From NCBI GenBank assembly GCA_041946735.1, contig JBHGAY010000002.1, positions 96,001 to 160,000 on the forward strand: a stretch of 64,000 nucleotides of DNA, given 5' to 3'. Shown here piece by piece: positions 27,149 through 38,100 of the stretch. The translations under genes were made by a program, and so were the position numbers. The first letter of the stretch is position 1; each line of letters begins with the position of its first letter. Under the pieces are notes generated by a model. That model was not told where the DNA came from and searched no databases. It saw nothing but the letters and a program-made list of their open reading frames with translations. The stretch comes from Candidatus Eiseniibacteriota bacterium. Lineage in GTDB: Bacteria > Eisenbacteria > RBG-16-71-46 > CAIMUX01 > VGJL01.

Positions 27149-28498
27149 CTAGAGGAGGGGCAGGTACCGCTCGATCTCGTATCCGGTCACCTGCACGCGA
27201 TAGCGGTCCCACTCGATCTTCTTGTTCTCGAGGAACTTCGTGAAGACGTGCTCCCCCAGCGCCTCCGCGAGCAGCTCGCTCTCCTCGGCGATCTGGATGG
27301 CGGCGAGGAGCGATCCCGGGAGCGTGTCGATCCCCCGGGAAAGCTTCTCGGAGGCGGTCATGTGGAAGATGTCCTCCTCGACGGGCGGCGCAAGATCGTA
27401 GCCCTCCTGGATCCCCTTCAGTCCCGCCGCGAGCATCACCGAGAAGGCGAGGTACGGGTTGCAGGCGGGATCGGGGCAGCGGTACTCGATCCGCGTCGCC
27501 TTCTCCTTGCCGGGCTTGTACATCGGCACCCGCACGAGGGCCGAGCGGTTGCGTTGGCCCCAGGCGACGTAGACGGGAGCTTCGAAGCCGGGAACGAGGC
27601 GCTTGTAGGAGTTGATCCACTGATTGGTGACCACGCACATCTCGCGGGCGTGCCGCATCAACCCCGCCATGAATGCGCGACCCACCTTCGAGAGGTGGTG
27701 CGGATCGGAGGCATCGAAGAACGCGTTCTGCTCCCCCCGGAAGAGCGACTGGTGCACATGCATGCCGCTGCCGTTCTCGCCGAAGAGCGGCTTCGGCATG
27801 AACGTCGCGTAGGTGCCGTTCGCACGCGCGATCCACTTGACCACGTAGCGGTAGGTGATCGTCGCATCCGCCATGAGCATCGCTTCCTGGTACTTCAGGT
27901 CGATCTCGTGCTGGCTTGGCGCGACCTCGTGATGCCCCACCTCGACGCCGATCCCCATCGCCTGCAGCGCCTGGATCGTCTTGTGGCGCAGCTCGGTCCC
28001 GAGGTCGTCCGGCGTCTGGTCGAAGTAGCCGGCGATGTCCATGGTCACCGGCTCGCTGGGACTCTTCAGGTAGAAGTACTCCAGCTCGGGACCGACGTTG
28101 AAGCTGTAGCCGAGGTCGCGGGCGCGCTGCAGGTTCCTCCGGAGGACGTGACGCGGATCGCCGACGTAGGGCTGCCCGTTGGGATTCAGGATGTCGCACA
28201 TCATCCGCGCGTGCAGCTCGCCGTCGATGCGCCAGGGCAGCAACTGGAAGGTGGAGAGATCGGGGACGGCGATCAGGTCCGACTCGTAGATCCTCGCGAA
28301 CCCCTCGACCGAGGAGCCGTCGAATCCGAGCCCTTCGTCGAGCGCCTCCTCGAGCTGCATGGGGGTGATGCCGAACGACTTCAGCATCCCGAGGATGTCC
28401 ACGAACCAGAGATTGATGATCTTGATGCCGCGCTCCTCGATGAAGCGCATCACGTTCTGGCGGGTGAGGTTGGTGGGGTTCACGCTTTCCTGGGCCAT
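27149..28498 (-). CDS. glnA: Glutamine synthetase type I (alpha-like)
   Basis: FDGSSVEGF, GPELEYF, HHEVAPSQHEI, ATFMPKPLFGENGSGMHVHQSL, NSYKRLVPGFEAP, RIEYRCPDPACNPYLA. Confidence 0.97.
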   Translation of the reverse strand: MAQESVNPTNLTRQNVMRFIEERGIKIINLWFVDILGMLKSFGITPMQLEEALDEGLGFDGSSVEGFARIYESDLIAVPDLSTFQLLPWRIDGELHARMMCDILNPNGQPYVGDPRHVLRRNLQRARDLGYSFNVGPELEYFYLKSPSEPVTMDIAGYFDQTPDDLGTELRHKTIQALQAMGIGVEVGHHEVAPSQHEIDLKYQEAMLMADATITYRYVVKWIARANGTYATFMPKPLFGENGSGMHVHQSLFRGEQNAFFDASDPHHLSKVGRAFMAGLMRHAREMCVVTNQWINSYKRLVPGFEAPVYVAWGQRNRSALVRVPMYKPGKEKATRIEYRCPDPACNPYLAFSVMLAAGLKGIQEGYDLAPPVEEDIFHMTASEKLSRGIDTLPGSLLAAIQIAEESELLAEALGEHVFTKFLENKKIEWDRYRVQVTGYEIERYLPLL

Positions 28499-29241
28499 CC
28501 GGGTCCCTCCTGGTCGGTCGGGTCGCGTTCGACGAGCGCGGCCCGCTCGTGGGGGGAAAGGGGATGGATACCGCCCAGGAGCCGGGCCGTCAAGAGCGCA
28601 GAAGCGACCTGTTCGAGCCGCTCCATGCGCCGTTCCGCATCTTCCGGGTCGCGGCCGAGGGCGACCGCCCCGTGGTTGGCGAGGAGGAAGGCCCAGTGGC
28701 GCCGGGCGAACGGCTCCGCCGCCGCCACCGCCTCCTCCGTCCCCGGCCGGGCATAGGGAACGACCGGCACAGGACCGAGCGCGGCGGCCGCCTCGACGAG
28801 CGCATCGTCACGGATCGGGCGATGGGCGATCGCGTAGCCGGTGGCGACGGGCGGGTGGGCGTGGAGGATCGCTCCGATCTCCGGTCGCCAGCGATAGACG
28901 GCGAGATGGAGGGGCATCTCCGACGAGGGGCGGGCGCCGAACCCGGCATCCTCCACGATGCGACCGCCCGCATCGACGCGCACCAGGTCGGCGCGTGTGA
29001 GCTCGTCCTGCCGGCAGCCGGAGGCGGTGATCCAGATCGTCCCGTCGGGACAGCGGGCGCTCAGATTTCCGTCGTCTGCGGCGAGGAGTCCGCGCGCGCC
29101 GAGACGGCGGCCGACCCGGCGCAGCTCCTCCGCGAGGCGTTCGATCTCCTCGGCCTCGGATCGATCCGCTTCTCCGGCTCGATCCCCGGCCCCGGCTCGA
29201 TCCCCGGCTCCGGACCGGTCAATCGGCGGTATCGATCCCAT
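28480..29241 (-). CDS. Class II aldolase/adducin family protein
   Basis: GNLSAR, PSSEMPLHLAVY, HAHP, LLANHGAV; start uncertain. Confidence 0.9.
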   Translation of the reverse strand: MGSIPPIDRSGAGDRAGAGDRAGEADRSEAEEIERLAEELRRVGRRLGARGLLAADDGNLSARCPDGTIWITASGCRQDELTRADLVRVDAGGRIVEDAGFGARPSSEMPLHLAVYRWRPEIGAILHAHPPVATGYAIAHRPIRDDALVEAAAALGPVPVVPYARPGTEEAVAAAEPFARRHWAFLLANHGAVALGRDPEDAERRMERLEQVASALLTARLLGGIHPLSPHERAALVERDPTDQEGPGWPRKA

Positions 29242-30838
29242 TCCAGACGTCCGCGAGATGATCCGGCACTTCCCCGGGAAGCGCTCCGCGCTCGCCTGCC
29301 CGCGCGACCGCGAAGTCGGCCGCCGCGCCGTGCGCATACACCGCGCACGCGGCCGCCTCGAAGGGAGAGAGACCCTGCGCGAGCAGCGCCCCGAGAATGC
29401 CGGAGAGGACGTCGCCCGACCCTCCGGTCGCCATTCCCGGATTGCCGCTCGTGTTGACGAGGACCCGGCCATCGGGGGAAGCGACGATCGCCGGCACGGT
29501 CTTCAGAACCACGATCACGCGCGCCTCGGCGGCGAGCCTCGACGCGGCCGCGATCGGGTCGGAGAGAATCTCCGGGATCGAGGCGCCGGTCAGCCTCTCC
29601 ATCTCGCCGGGATGCGGAGTGAAGACCGGCGTGACCCGATCGGCCGCCCGAAGCGCAGGACGGAGAGGATCGAGACCGGCGGAGGCGATCGCGTTCAGAC
29701 CGTCGGCATCGACGACGATCGGTCCGAGCCATCCGGCGAGAAGCTCGACCACGAGCGCGTCGGTGTCCGCGTGGCGAGCGAGGCCGGGACCGAGGACCAG
29801 CGCGTCCCATCGATCCCGAAGCGAGATGAGAAACAGCAGATTCGAGGAGGCGAGAGTTCCGGTGTCGGTCTCCTGCAGCGGGAAGGTCATCGCCTCGGTC
29901 AACTTCGCCTCGAGGATCGGGTTCAGCGAGCGCGGGACGCCGGCGCGCACCAGCCCGGCGCCGGCGCGCAGCGCTCCGATCGCCGCGAGGGATGGCGCGC
30001 CGGTCAACCCCGGAGAGCCGCCGGCGATCAGGACGCGCCCGCGCGTCCCCTTGTGCGCCTGAGGCTCGAAGCGAGCGATCCGACCGCGAAGATAACCGGC
30101 CGCCAGCAGTCGCACGCGGCACCCGGCGGCCTCCTCCGCCTCGCGGGGAATCCCGATGTCGGCGACGTCCCAGAGACCGACGTGGGAACGGGCCGGCCAG
30201 AAGAGGAACGAACGCTTCGGGTAGGCCATCGTGATCGTGCGCTCCGCCCGGAACGCCTCCCCGTCGACGGCGCCCGAGTCGGCGGAGAGTCCGCTGGGAA
30301 TGTCGACGGCGATTCGCCGCGCCGGCGAGCGGTTCATCGCGGCGATCGCCTCGGCCTTCGGGCCTTCCAGCCGGCCGCGGAATCCGGTGCCGAGGACAGC
30401 GTCGAGGAGGAGATCGCCCGGCTCGAGACGCTCGATCGCGGCGAGGCGCTCGGGCGTCAGGGGCTCGAGCGCGACGCGGCGGGCGAGGAGCGGCGGCACC
30501 TGGAGCGCCGCGTCGCCGGCGATCGACGCGACCGGATCGGTGAGGAGCACGCGCGGGTTCGCGCCGGAATCGTGCAGCAGCCTCGCGACGACGAGGCCAT
30601 CGCCTCCGTTGTTCCCGCGGCCGCAGACGATCCAGACGCGCCGGCGCGCGAGGCGCGGGTAGTGCCGCCGCAGGGCGCGCACGATCCCGATCCCCGCGCG
30701 CTCCATCAGCGTGGGACCGGGGACGCCGGCGCGCTCGATCGCGAAGCGGTCGCAGGCCCGCATCTCCTCCGCCGTCACGAGCGGCGGCGGGAGCGGAGGC
30801 GAGACGGAGATGGGGTCAGGAGGTGGCGGCGTTTCCAT
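29219..30838 (-). CDS. nnr: Bifunctional NAD(P)H-hydrate epimerase/dehydratase
   Basis: GRGNNGGDG, DAVLGTG, AVDIPSG, HKGTRG, VVDADGL, TPHPGEM, GGSGDVLSG. Confidence 0.95.
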   Translation of the reverse strand: METPPPPDPISVSPPLPPPLVTAEEMRACDRFAIERAGVPGPTLMERAGIGIVRALRRHYPRLARRRVWIVCGRGNNGGDGLVVARLLHDSGANPRVLLTDPVASIAGDAALQVPPLLARRVALEPLTPERLAAIERLEPGDLLLDAVLGTGFRGRLEGPKAEAIAAMNRSPARRIAVDIPSGLSADSGAVDGEAFRAERTITMAYPKRSFLFWPARSHVGLWDVADIGIPREAEEAAGCRVRLLAAGYLRGRIARFEPQAHKGTRGRVLIAGGSPGLTGAPSLAAIGALRAGAGLVRAGVPRSLNPILEAKLTEAMTFPLQETDTGTLASSNLLFLISLRDRWDALVLGPGLARHADTDALVVELLAGWLGPIVVDADGLNAIASAGLDPLRPALRAADRVTPVFTPHPGEMERLTGASIPEILSDPIAAASRLAAEARVIVVLKTVPAIVASPDGRVLVNTSGNPGMATGGSGDVLSGILGALLAQGLSPFEAAACAVYAHGAAADFAVARAGERGALPGEVPDHLADVWNGIDTAD

Positions 30839-31511
30839 TGAGACGGTCCACGATCGCGAGGAGATCCTGGATGTCGTCGATCTCGTAGTCGGCCCCGGAC
30901 TGGGCGACCCCTTTGGTGTCTCCGTAGCGCGCGAAGACGGTGGGAATGCCGAGACGGGAGGCGCCGACCATGTCGCGGTCCGGCCAATCCCCCACCATCA
31001 ACACCTCGGAGGGACTCATCTGCAGCAGCTCGAGCGCGCGCCGGAAGCCGATCGGGCTGGGCTTGCGCTCCTGGGTGTCGTCGAAGGTGATGACGAACTC
31101 GAAGATGTGGTGCAGGGCGAGGTGGTGCAGGCGCATCCACGCCTGGAGCGCCGGCGCGTCGGACAGGACAGCCAGCCGGATGCCGCGACGGAGCAGCTCC
31201 GTCAGCGTGAGCCGCACGTGGGGATAGAGGACGAGGTAGGAGTCGCGCACGCGCCGGTACGCCGTGATGGCGGCCGCGAGCACGCTCGGCGACACCTTGT
31301 CGAACTGCTCCTTCAGGAACTGATCGAAGACGTTCTGATACTCGATCCCCTGCCTGTCGTAGATTTCGAAGATGCGGGCGCGCGCCTCCTCACGGCTCAG
31401 CGGGAGGCCCATGTCGATCATCCCCTCGACCGCGGCGAGGATCGACGCCTCCTTCATCTTCATGAAATCGGTCAGTGTGTTGTCGAGATCGAAGAGGATC
31501 GCTCGGATCAT
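30816..31511 (-). CDS. HAD-superfamily hydrolase
   Basis: FDLDNTL, KPSP, MVGDWPDRDM. Confidence 0.9.
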   Translation of the reverse strand: MIRAILFDLDNTLTDFMKMKEASILAAVEGMIDMGLPLSREEARARIFEIYDRQGIEYQNVFDQFLKEQFDKVSPSVLAAAITAYRRVRDSYLVLYPHVRLTLTELLRRGIRLAVLSDAPALQAWMRLHHLALHHIFEFVITFDDTQERKPSPIGFRRALELLQMSPSEVLMVGDWPDRDMVGASRLGIPTVFARYGDTKGVAQSGADYEIDDIQDLLAIVDRLNGNAATS

Positions 31512-31550
31512 CGCGACATGCGCCTCCGAAACGGCTCCTCGACGGCGACG

Positions 31551-31748
31551 CTACTTCGAGGAGTGAATGATCGATCTCCCGTAGCTGATCTCGCCGTTGT
31601 CGATGCGGATGTTGAAGCCGCATTCGGGATTGGAGCAGACCCAAGCCTTGAAGTTGATCGGAGCACCTTCGCGACCATAGTCGGAGAGCGGGATCAGTAC
31701 GCCGTCGTGGCACTTCTTGCAGTCCGGGTACGGCTGTCCCACGTCCAT
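31551..31748 (-). CDS. Small zinc-ribbon-like protein (65 aa)
   Basis: CKKC...CSNPEC; strong RBS GGAGG before ATG 31748. Confidence 0.8.
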   Translation of the reverse strand: MDVGQPYPDCKKCHDGVLIPLSDYGREGAPINFKAWVCSNPECGFNIRIDNGEISYGRSIIHSSK

Positions 31749-31886
31749 GGTCTTTCCTCCCCTCATCACACTCATCTTCTCCCCAACCTCACTGCCCTAC
31801 CCGGCCTCCCAAAACCCATCCGGGGCGGACGATGGATCGCCCCGGCGACGTCGGACCCGTCCTTTGCCGGACGGCTCAGGTTTTAG

Positions 31887-31915
31887 AGCATCGCCATCGA
31901 CGCCCCGGTTGTCAA
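31887..31915 (-). promoter_or_regulatory. Sigma70-type promoter TTGACA-N17-GATGCT
   Basis: Perfect -35 at canonical spacing upstream of the zinc-ribbon operon. Confidence 0.45.
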
Positions 31916-31929
31916 GAGGAACGACGGCA

Positions 31930-33309
31930 TCAGGTTTTCCGCTCCTGCTTCTTCGCGGCCGGGAAGAGGATGTTGTTCAGGATGAGACGGTACCCGGGCG
32001 AATTCGGATGCAGCTCCAGCTCGGTCGGCGGATCGCCCACCTGGTGCTGGTAGTCCTCCGGATCGTGGCCGCCGTAGAACGTGAACGTCCCCTTGCCGTA
32101 GTTGCCATGGATGTACTTCACCTCGTCGGCGCCGGGCACCTCCGCCAGCAGGATGACCGACTTCTTGAGCAGCGACTTGCGGAAGCTGGTGGTCTGCCCC
32201 ATGAAGCCCCGGATCATGTTCTGGTGGCACTGGGTCAGCATCGTCGGGACCGGGTCTTCCTTGGCGGAAAAATCAAAGAGCTGGAAGTAGTCGCTCTCCT
32301 GCCCGCGAAGCGACGCTTCGCGCGTCATGTCGATGTCGGAGAACTCGTAGACGAGCGGGTTCATCTCCAACCGGAAGTCGGTGAAAGCGAGGCAACGACG
32401 GTAGTCGATCTTCTGCGCCGCGCCCGCTTCGGGAGGATCGCCGTCGTAAGGAGTGTCGACGATGTCGACTCCCTGGGCCGCGAGGGAGATGTCGAAGCTG
32501 TCGGTCGCCGAGCACATTGCGAAGACGAACCCGCCCTGCGCAATGTACTCGCGAATCCGCTGCGAGACCGCCTGTTTGTGCTGCCACACCTTCTGGAATC
32601 CGGCATCGTGCGCGCGTTGCTCGAACGTGCGCACCTGCTCGATGTACCAGGGCGCCGTGTGGTAGGAGGCGTAGAACTTGCCGTACTGGCCGGTGAAATC
32701 CTCGTGGTGCAGGTGGAGCCAGTCGTACTTCGGCAGATCGCCGGCGAGCACCTCTTCGTCCCAGATGTGATCGAAAGGGATCCCCGCGTAGTCGAGCGCG
32801 AGAACGACCGCATCGTCCCACGGGTCTTTCGTCGGCGGGATGTAGACGGCGACCTTCGGCGCTTTCTCGAGGAGGACGACCTCCATGTTGTTCTTCTCGA
32901 TCTCGTCCAGGATCGACGCCTCGTCGGATGCCCCGATGGTCTCGTACGTGACGCCGCCGAGCGCGCAGTCGCGGCCCGTCTCCGGATCGTCTTCCATCAG
33001 GAACGAGCCGCTCCGGTAGTTCAAAAGCCACTCGACGTTCTCGCCTCGCTGCAGCGCGTGATAGGCGACGCCGTAGGCCTTCAGATGGTTGGCCTGCGAG
33101 AGGTCCATCGGGATCAGGATCTTCGCCCAGGCGGCCGCGGGGACGAGAAGCGCCACGAGGAGCAGCGCCGCGGCGATGGCGGCCGCGACGATGGCGGTGC
33201 CGGTGCCAGGAGCGACGGCGGTGGCGGCTGCGGCGCCGGTGCCGGCGGCAGGGGCGGTGGCGGTGGCAGGGGCGGTGGCAGGGGCCGTCGCGGTCATCCG
33301 TGGGGTCAT
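31930..33309 (-). CDS. Exported conserved protein (FCB-group family often labelled 'asparagine synthetase B'; GATase-like fold)
   Basis: Signal peptide; LIPMD..Q.NHLKAYG, WLLNYRSGSF, PWDDAV, DWLHLHHEDFTGQYGKFY, FAMCSATD, GGHDPEDY, SPGYRLILNNILFPAA. Confidence 0.75.
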   Translation of the reverse strand: MTPRMTATAPATAPATATAPAAGTGAAAATAVAPGTGTAIVAAAIAAALLLVALLVPAAAWAKILIPMDLSQANHLKAYGVAYHALQRGENVEWLLNYRSGSFLMEDDPETGRDCALGGVTYETIGASDEASILDEIEKNNMEVVLLEKAPKVAVYIPPTKDPWDDAVVLALDYAGIPFDHIWDEEVLAGDLPKYDWLHLHHEDFTGQYGKFYASYHTAPWYIEQVRTFEQRAHDAGFQKVWQHKQAVSQRIREYIAQGGFVFAMCSATDSFDISLAAQGVDIVDTPYDGDPPEAGAAQKIDYRRCLAFTDFRLEMNPLVYEFSDIDMTREASLRGQESDYFQLFDFSAKEDPVPTMLTQCHQNMIRGFMGQTTSFRKSLLKKSVILLAEVPGADEVKYIHGNYGKGTFTFYGGHDPEDYQHQVGDPPTELELHPNSPGYRLILNNILFPAAKKQERKT

Positions 33310-35114
33310 CCCTTCTTCTCCTCCGCGCCCCCGGCGTTCCGGCCGGTGCGGCGCAGGTCCTGGAGCAGCGGCCGCACCTCGCTCGCCTCGTGGCTCTTCG
33401 GAAACTTGAGGATCAGGTCCTCGTAGCGGCGCACGACCGCCTCGCTGTCGCCGTACTTCTCGCGCATCTTGTCCGCCACGGCGCGAAGGACGGGGGGAGC
33501 GGCGAAGCCATCGGCATGCCGCGCCGCGAGGGTGTCCGCGCGGGCCGCGGCCTCGTCCAAGCGGCCGAGATCGAGGAGCAGGAGGCTCTCCTCGCGAAGA
33601 AGATCCTCCTCGGCCGGGCACCGGTCGCACTTGCTCGACGCCTCGCGCACAATCTCGAGTCCGCGATCGAAGGAGCCGATGCGGCGCTGGTAGGCGACCT
33701 GCCCCAGCGCCGCGCCGGTGACGTCTCCCGATCCCTCGATCCGCGTCAGCAGGAGAATCCGGTCGAGCGCGTCGTTCACCCGCGTTCCGCCCTCGAACTC
33801 CTTGACGATCCGTTCGTAGAGCGCCTTCGCCTCCTCCGTCTTGCCGGAATAGAAGAGAATCTCCGCCTGCTGGAAGACCGCCTCCTCCTTGCCGGCCGGA
33901 TCGCTCGCCTGCTCCTCGATGCCGTGGAGCGCCTGGCGCGCCTCTTCGTAACGGCCGGCCGCAAGCTGCATCTCGGCGAGCGCGAGACGGGCTTTCGCGA
34001 GGCGCGCGGAAGCATCGGGAGTCCGGGCGTTCTGCAGCAGCGAGACGATTTCCTGATAGGCGGCCGCCGCGCGCTCCGCGTCGTGCTGTTCGTCCGCGAG
34101 CATGCGGGCGCGCTGCTCGAGAGCGGTGAACGCCTGCCGTCCGCGTGGGAAGCTGTCGTACGCCTGGCGGAACGCGGCGTCCGCTTCGGGATAGCGCTGG
34201 AGGCGGCGAAGGGCGGAGGCGCGGTAGATCTGCGCCTGCTGCAGGTCCTCGCCGGAGAGGCCGAGCGAGGCTGCCAGATCGGCCGCGCGGAGGACCGGCT
34301 CCTTCATCTCGCGCTCATCCAGCAGCGCGAGGTGCGAGAGCATCACCTTCCCTTTCGCGCCGCGCACCTCGTCGAGCCGCTTCGCCTCGTCGATCGATTC
34401 GTCGGCGCGGCCCAGGAACAGGAGCGCCGCGACGAGAAGCTCACGCAGCGACGGCTCCTCCGGCCTCTTCTCGATCTCCGCGCGCAGGGGAGGCAGCGCC
34501 TTCTCGCCTAGCGAGTCGGCGCGGATCAGCGACTCCATCTCGTCGCGCACCCAGACGCCGGCGGCGCCGCCGCGGCGGTGGATCTCGAGGCAGACGGAGA
34601 AGGCCTCCTCCGGATGGTGCGCCTCGCGCGCGACGCGCTCCAACTCGACGAGGAGCGGAGTCGGATCGCCTCCGGCCTCGATCCGCTCGTCGGCCGCCTT
34701 GCGGTAGAGCGCGCGCGCCTCGTCGAGACGCCCCATCTTGCGCAGGCAGGTTCCCTCGAGGAGCCGCAGGTCGGGATTGTCGGGGAACTGCTCCTTCAGG
34801 GTCTCGATCAGCCGGTACGCCTGCTCGAACTTCTCCTGCCGCATGAGGACCTGAACGTCCCGCATGCCCCGCTCGACGGTGATGCGAGGGATGGGAGCCT
34901 GCGAGCCGCTCGGGGGCGGCGCGGGCCGGCCCGGCGAAGGGATGGTGACCGCGGGCGGCTGCGGGCGGCGGTCGTCCTGCGGCCGGCCGTCCTGCGGCCG
35001 GCCGTCCTGCGCGAGCGCCGCCGAGAGGGCGAGCGAGAGCGCGAGTGAGAGCGGGAGCGGGAGCAGAAGCAGGATGGAGGCGCGAAGCGCCCGCGGGATC
35101 GCCCGGCGCCTCAC
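33306..35114 (-). CDS. Exported tetratricopeptide repeat protein
   Basis: GTG start overlapping the upstream stop, signal peptide, multiple TPR-like helices, terminal YEDLILKFPKS. Confidence 0.8.
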   Translation of the reverse strand: MRRRAIPRALRASILLLLPLPLSLALSLALSAALAQDGRPQDGRPQDDRRPQPPAVTIPSPGRPAPPPSGSQAPIPRITVERGMRDVQVLMRQEKFEQAYRLIETLKEQFPDNPDLRLLEGTCLRKMGRLDEARALYRKAADERIEAGGDPTPLLVELERVAREAHHPEEAFSVCLEIHRRGGAAGVWVRDEMESLIRADSLGEKALPPLRAEIEKRPEEPSLRELLVAALLFLGRADESIDEAKRLDEVRGAKGKVMLSHLALLDEREMKEPVLRAADLAASLGLSGEDLQQAQIYRASALRRLQRYPEADAAFRQAYDSFPRGRQAFTALEQRARMLADEQHDAERAAAAYQEIVSLLQNARTPDASARLAKARLALAEMQLAAGRYEEARQALHGIEEQASDPAGKEEAVFQQAEILFYSGKTEEAKALYERIVKEFEGGTRVNDALDRILLLTRIEGSGDVTGAALGQVAYQRRIGSFDRGLEIVREASSKCDRCPAEEDLLREESLLLLDLGRLDEAAARADTLAARHADGFAAPPVLRAVADKMREKYGDSEAVVRRYEDLILKFPKSHEASEVRPLLQDLRRTGRNAGGAEEKKG

Positions 35115-38100
35115 TGTCCGCCGCCCTCCTGCAGCGCCCGGAAGTACTCGTCGACGATGCGGCGGAAGTCGCCCGGGATCGGATCCTGCGAGCCTTTCAG
35201 GATCCCGCGACGGAGGCGCTCCGCGGCCGTGAGGGTCGAGGACACGGGGGGAGGCGAGATCGGGTTCTCTGCGTCGATCCCGGTGCGCGAGCGCCGTTGC
35301 TCCTCGAAGTCCTGCCGGCGCACGCTGCGCTGCGCGGTCAGCAGGCGGCTCAGGATCTTCTCCTGCCTGTCGAGGATCCGCGGATCGACGTTCTTCTCGC
35401 GCATCTCCTTGACGACATCCTCCATCTCTTCGCCGAGGTCTCCCAGCCGGCCGAGGACGTCCTTGCGATCCTGCATCGACTGCGCGAGATCCTGCAGCCC
35501 GGCGCGAATCTGCATCTGTCGCGCCGCGAGCTGCTCCATCCGTCCAGAGCCGTCCTGCGGGAGCCTCCCTCCCTGCATCTGGCTCATCGCGTCCTGCGTT
35601 TCCTGATTGAGTCCCTGCTGCTGGCTCGTCAGTCCCTGCATCTGCTGCATCGGATTCGGATTGTTGCAGGAGGAGGACGAGGAGCACATGCTCTGGTTCG
35701 ATTCGAGCAGGCTCGCGACCGCCATGTCGATCGACGTCCCGGTCTGGCGGCCCAGCGTGACACCGCCGGTCCGCTGCCCGGTTTCGAACGCGTTGGTCGC
35801 GTCGCCGAGCTTCTGAAGGATCTCGCCGAGCATCTTCGCCTGTGCCCCGGTGATGAACGGCGTTTGCCGCGCGATCGCGTAGATCTCGGAGACCACGTCG
35901 GAGACGGAGCGCTCGATCCGGTTTTGCTCGACCGCCAGGTCCCGCGTGCTCTTCTGCGCCGCTCCCTCGACCAGCGATTCCTGGCTCTTGGAGAGATCGA
36001 CCAGGTCGCCGGCGAGGGCGAGCAGCTTGCGCGACAGCTCCTCGGTCATCGACTGGTTCATCTGCTGCTGCATCTGGCGCATCTGATCGGCGAACTGCTG
36101 GATCTGGCTCTTCGCCTTCTTCCCGGAGCGCATCGCCCCCCGCCGGTTGTTCTTGCCCATGCACATCTTGCCCGACTGCATCTCTTCGGACGCGGACTGC
36201 AGGGCCTGCTGCGCCTGCTGCCCCTGCGGGCTCTCCAGGTTCTGCTCCATCTGGGGATGGCTCTTCTCGGCGAGCTTCGACAGCTCCTCCATCTGCTTGC
36301 GGAGCTCGGCGAGCTCCTTCTGCAGCGCCTCCTGCTGCTCGGCGAGCTTCTGCGCCTCCTCGGGACTCATCGACGCCGTCGAGTCGGGCTTCGAGGAGTC
36401 CTGCGGCGTGCCGGCCTGCTGATTGAGCTGCTCCTGCTCCTTCGCGAGCTGCTCGGCTCGCCGGATCGCCTCGTCGAGCTTCTCCTCCGCCAGCATCTTC
36501 TCGAGCATCGCGATCGTCCGGTCGAGCCCCTGCTCGATCGCCTGCTGGGTGAGCTTCATCTTCTCGAGCGCCTTCTGCACCTCCTTCGGATCGAGGGAGC
36601 GCATCGCCTCGCGCATCTGCTCGAGCATGTTGTGGAACTCGGGGCTCTGGATCTCGCGCATCATCTCCTGGATCCGCGCGATCTTCTCGACGATCTCCGG
36701 GCTGAAGAGCTGCCCTTGCTGCATCCGGTCCATCTGGCGGTCCATCGCGGTCGCCATCTGGTCCATCTTCTGCAGGATCTCCTCCTGCTTCTGGAGGAAC
36801 TGCTCCATCTCGTTCTTCTGGTCCCAGTCGATCGCCTGGTCGCGCCGCATCTCGCGCGACATGTCCTCGAGCTCCTTGCGGAGGTCGACCTGCTTGTCGA
36901 GCGATTCGCGCAGATCCTCGAGGCCCTCGTGCCGCTCCTGCTCCTGCTGCGCGTACATCTGCTCGAGGGTCGGGAAGCGGATCGAGTACTCCGGCGAGAC
37001 GGTCGTCTTCGGTCCGCTCACCGCGTCGTTGTCGGTCAGCTCCAGGTGGTAGCGGATCTCGTCGCCCGGCGTGAGCGCGATCTCCTCGAGGTTCCACGGG
37101 TAGGCGACGCGCGCTTCGGTCTCGCTCTGCCACCGGGTGAGAGAGATCCGGGAGGATGGTTGATCGTTGCGGTGATAGACGAGGTCGAGCTTGCGGATCC
37201 CGAAGTCGTCCGCGCAGTCCGCCTCGACGACGACTCGCATCTCGGGGGGAAGATCGACCTGCTCGCCCGGACCGACGAGGAAGAGGCTCGGCATCCGGTC
37301 GGGGATCGGATCGATCCGGAACGACTCCGACGTCCACGCGGCGCTTCGCTCTGCGCCGCCATCGCTTCCCGACAGTTCGACGCGGAACTGGTCCGCCTCG
37401 CGCACCGGGACCTTCGCCGACAGCACCCCTTCCTCGCCCGCCTCGAGCGGGATCGTCCGGCCGGAGTCGAACCGCAAGCGTCCGCGCGCGTCGGGACGGC
37501 TCACGGCGACCAGCAGCTGCGCGTCGCTCCCCTTCAGCGCGGCGATCGAGGCATGCGGGGAGAGCTCCTTCTCCGGAGCGAGCCCCGTGTAGTCGGGGAA
37601 GCGGATCCGCTTCTCGTAGCCGGTCGCGCGGTACGGCTCCTGCACCGCGACCCGGTAGGTGCGGGAGCGATGCCGATCGAGGGAAACCATGTACTCCGTC
37701 TCGGCCTGGACATCGGCGAGCGTCGCGAGGAACTCGGTCCCCACGTCCGCCTGCATCGGCAGGCGCGACCAGGCGCTCCCCCCCGTGCGGTAGAAGAGGG
37801 CCGGTGCGCCTTCGAGGCCGACGAGGCGCGCGCGCACCGGCAGCGAGGCGCCGCGCAGGATCGAGGCGTCCCCGGGCGTGACGAGGATCTCGCTGCTGTC
37901 GATCGCCACGGCGCGTCCCGGATGCAGGATCTGCGCCGCCCCGCGCGTGACCGCCTGCGGAGCGAGCGCCGCGAGCAGGAGGATCGCGACGAGCGCGCCG
38001 CCCGCCTGGGCGAGGGGAACCGACAGGGTGCGCGAGCGAGCGAGATCACGGTAACGGATCGAGGCCGCCGCATCCTCGCCGCGGCGCAGGACCTCCGCGG

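Noticed and set aside
31930..33309. True asparagine synthetase
   Set aside because: Has a signal peptide and lacks the N-terminal Cys Ntn domain and the SGGLDS ATP-pyrophosphatase motif.
33306..37337. 1343-aa ORF suggesting a fusion or frameshift
   Set aside because: Upstream part is an Arg/Ala/Gly-rich alternative frame of the DUF4175-like gene; the real TPR gene starts at GTG 35114.
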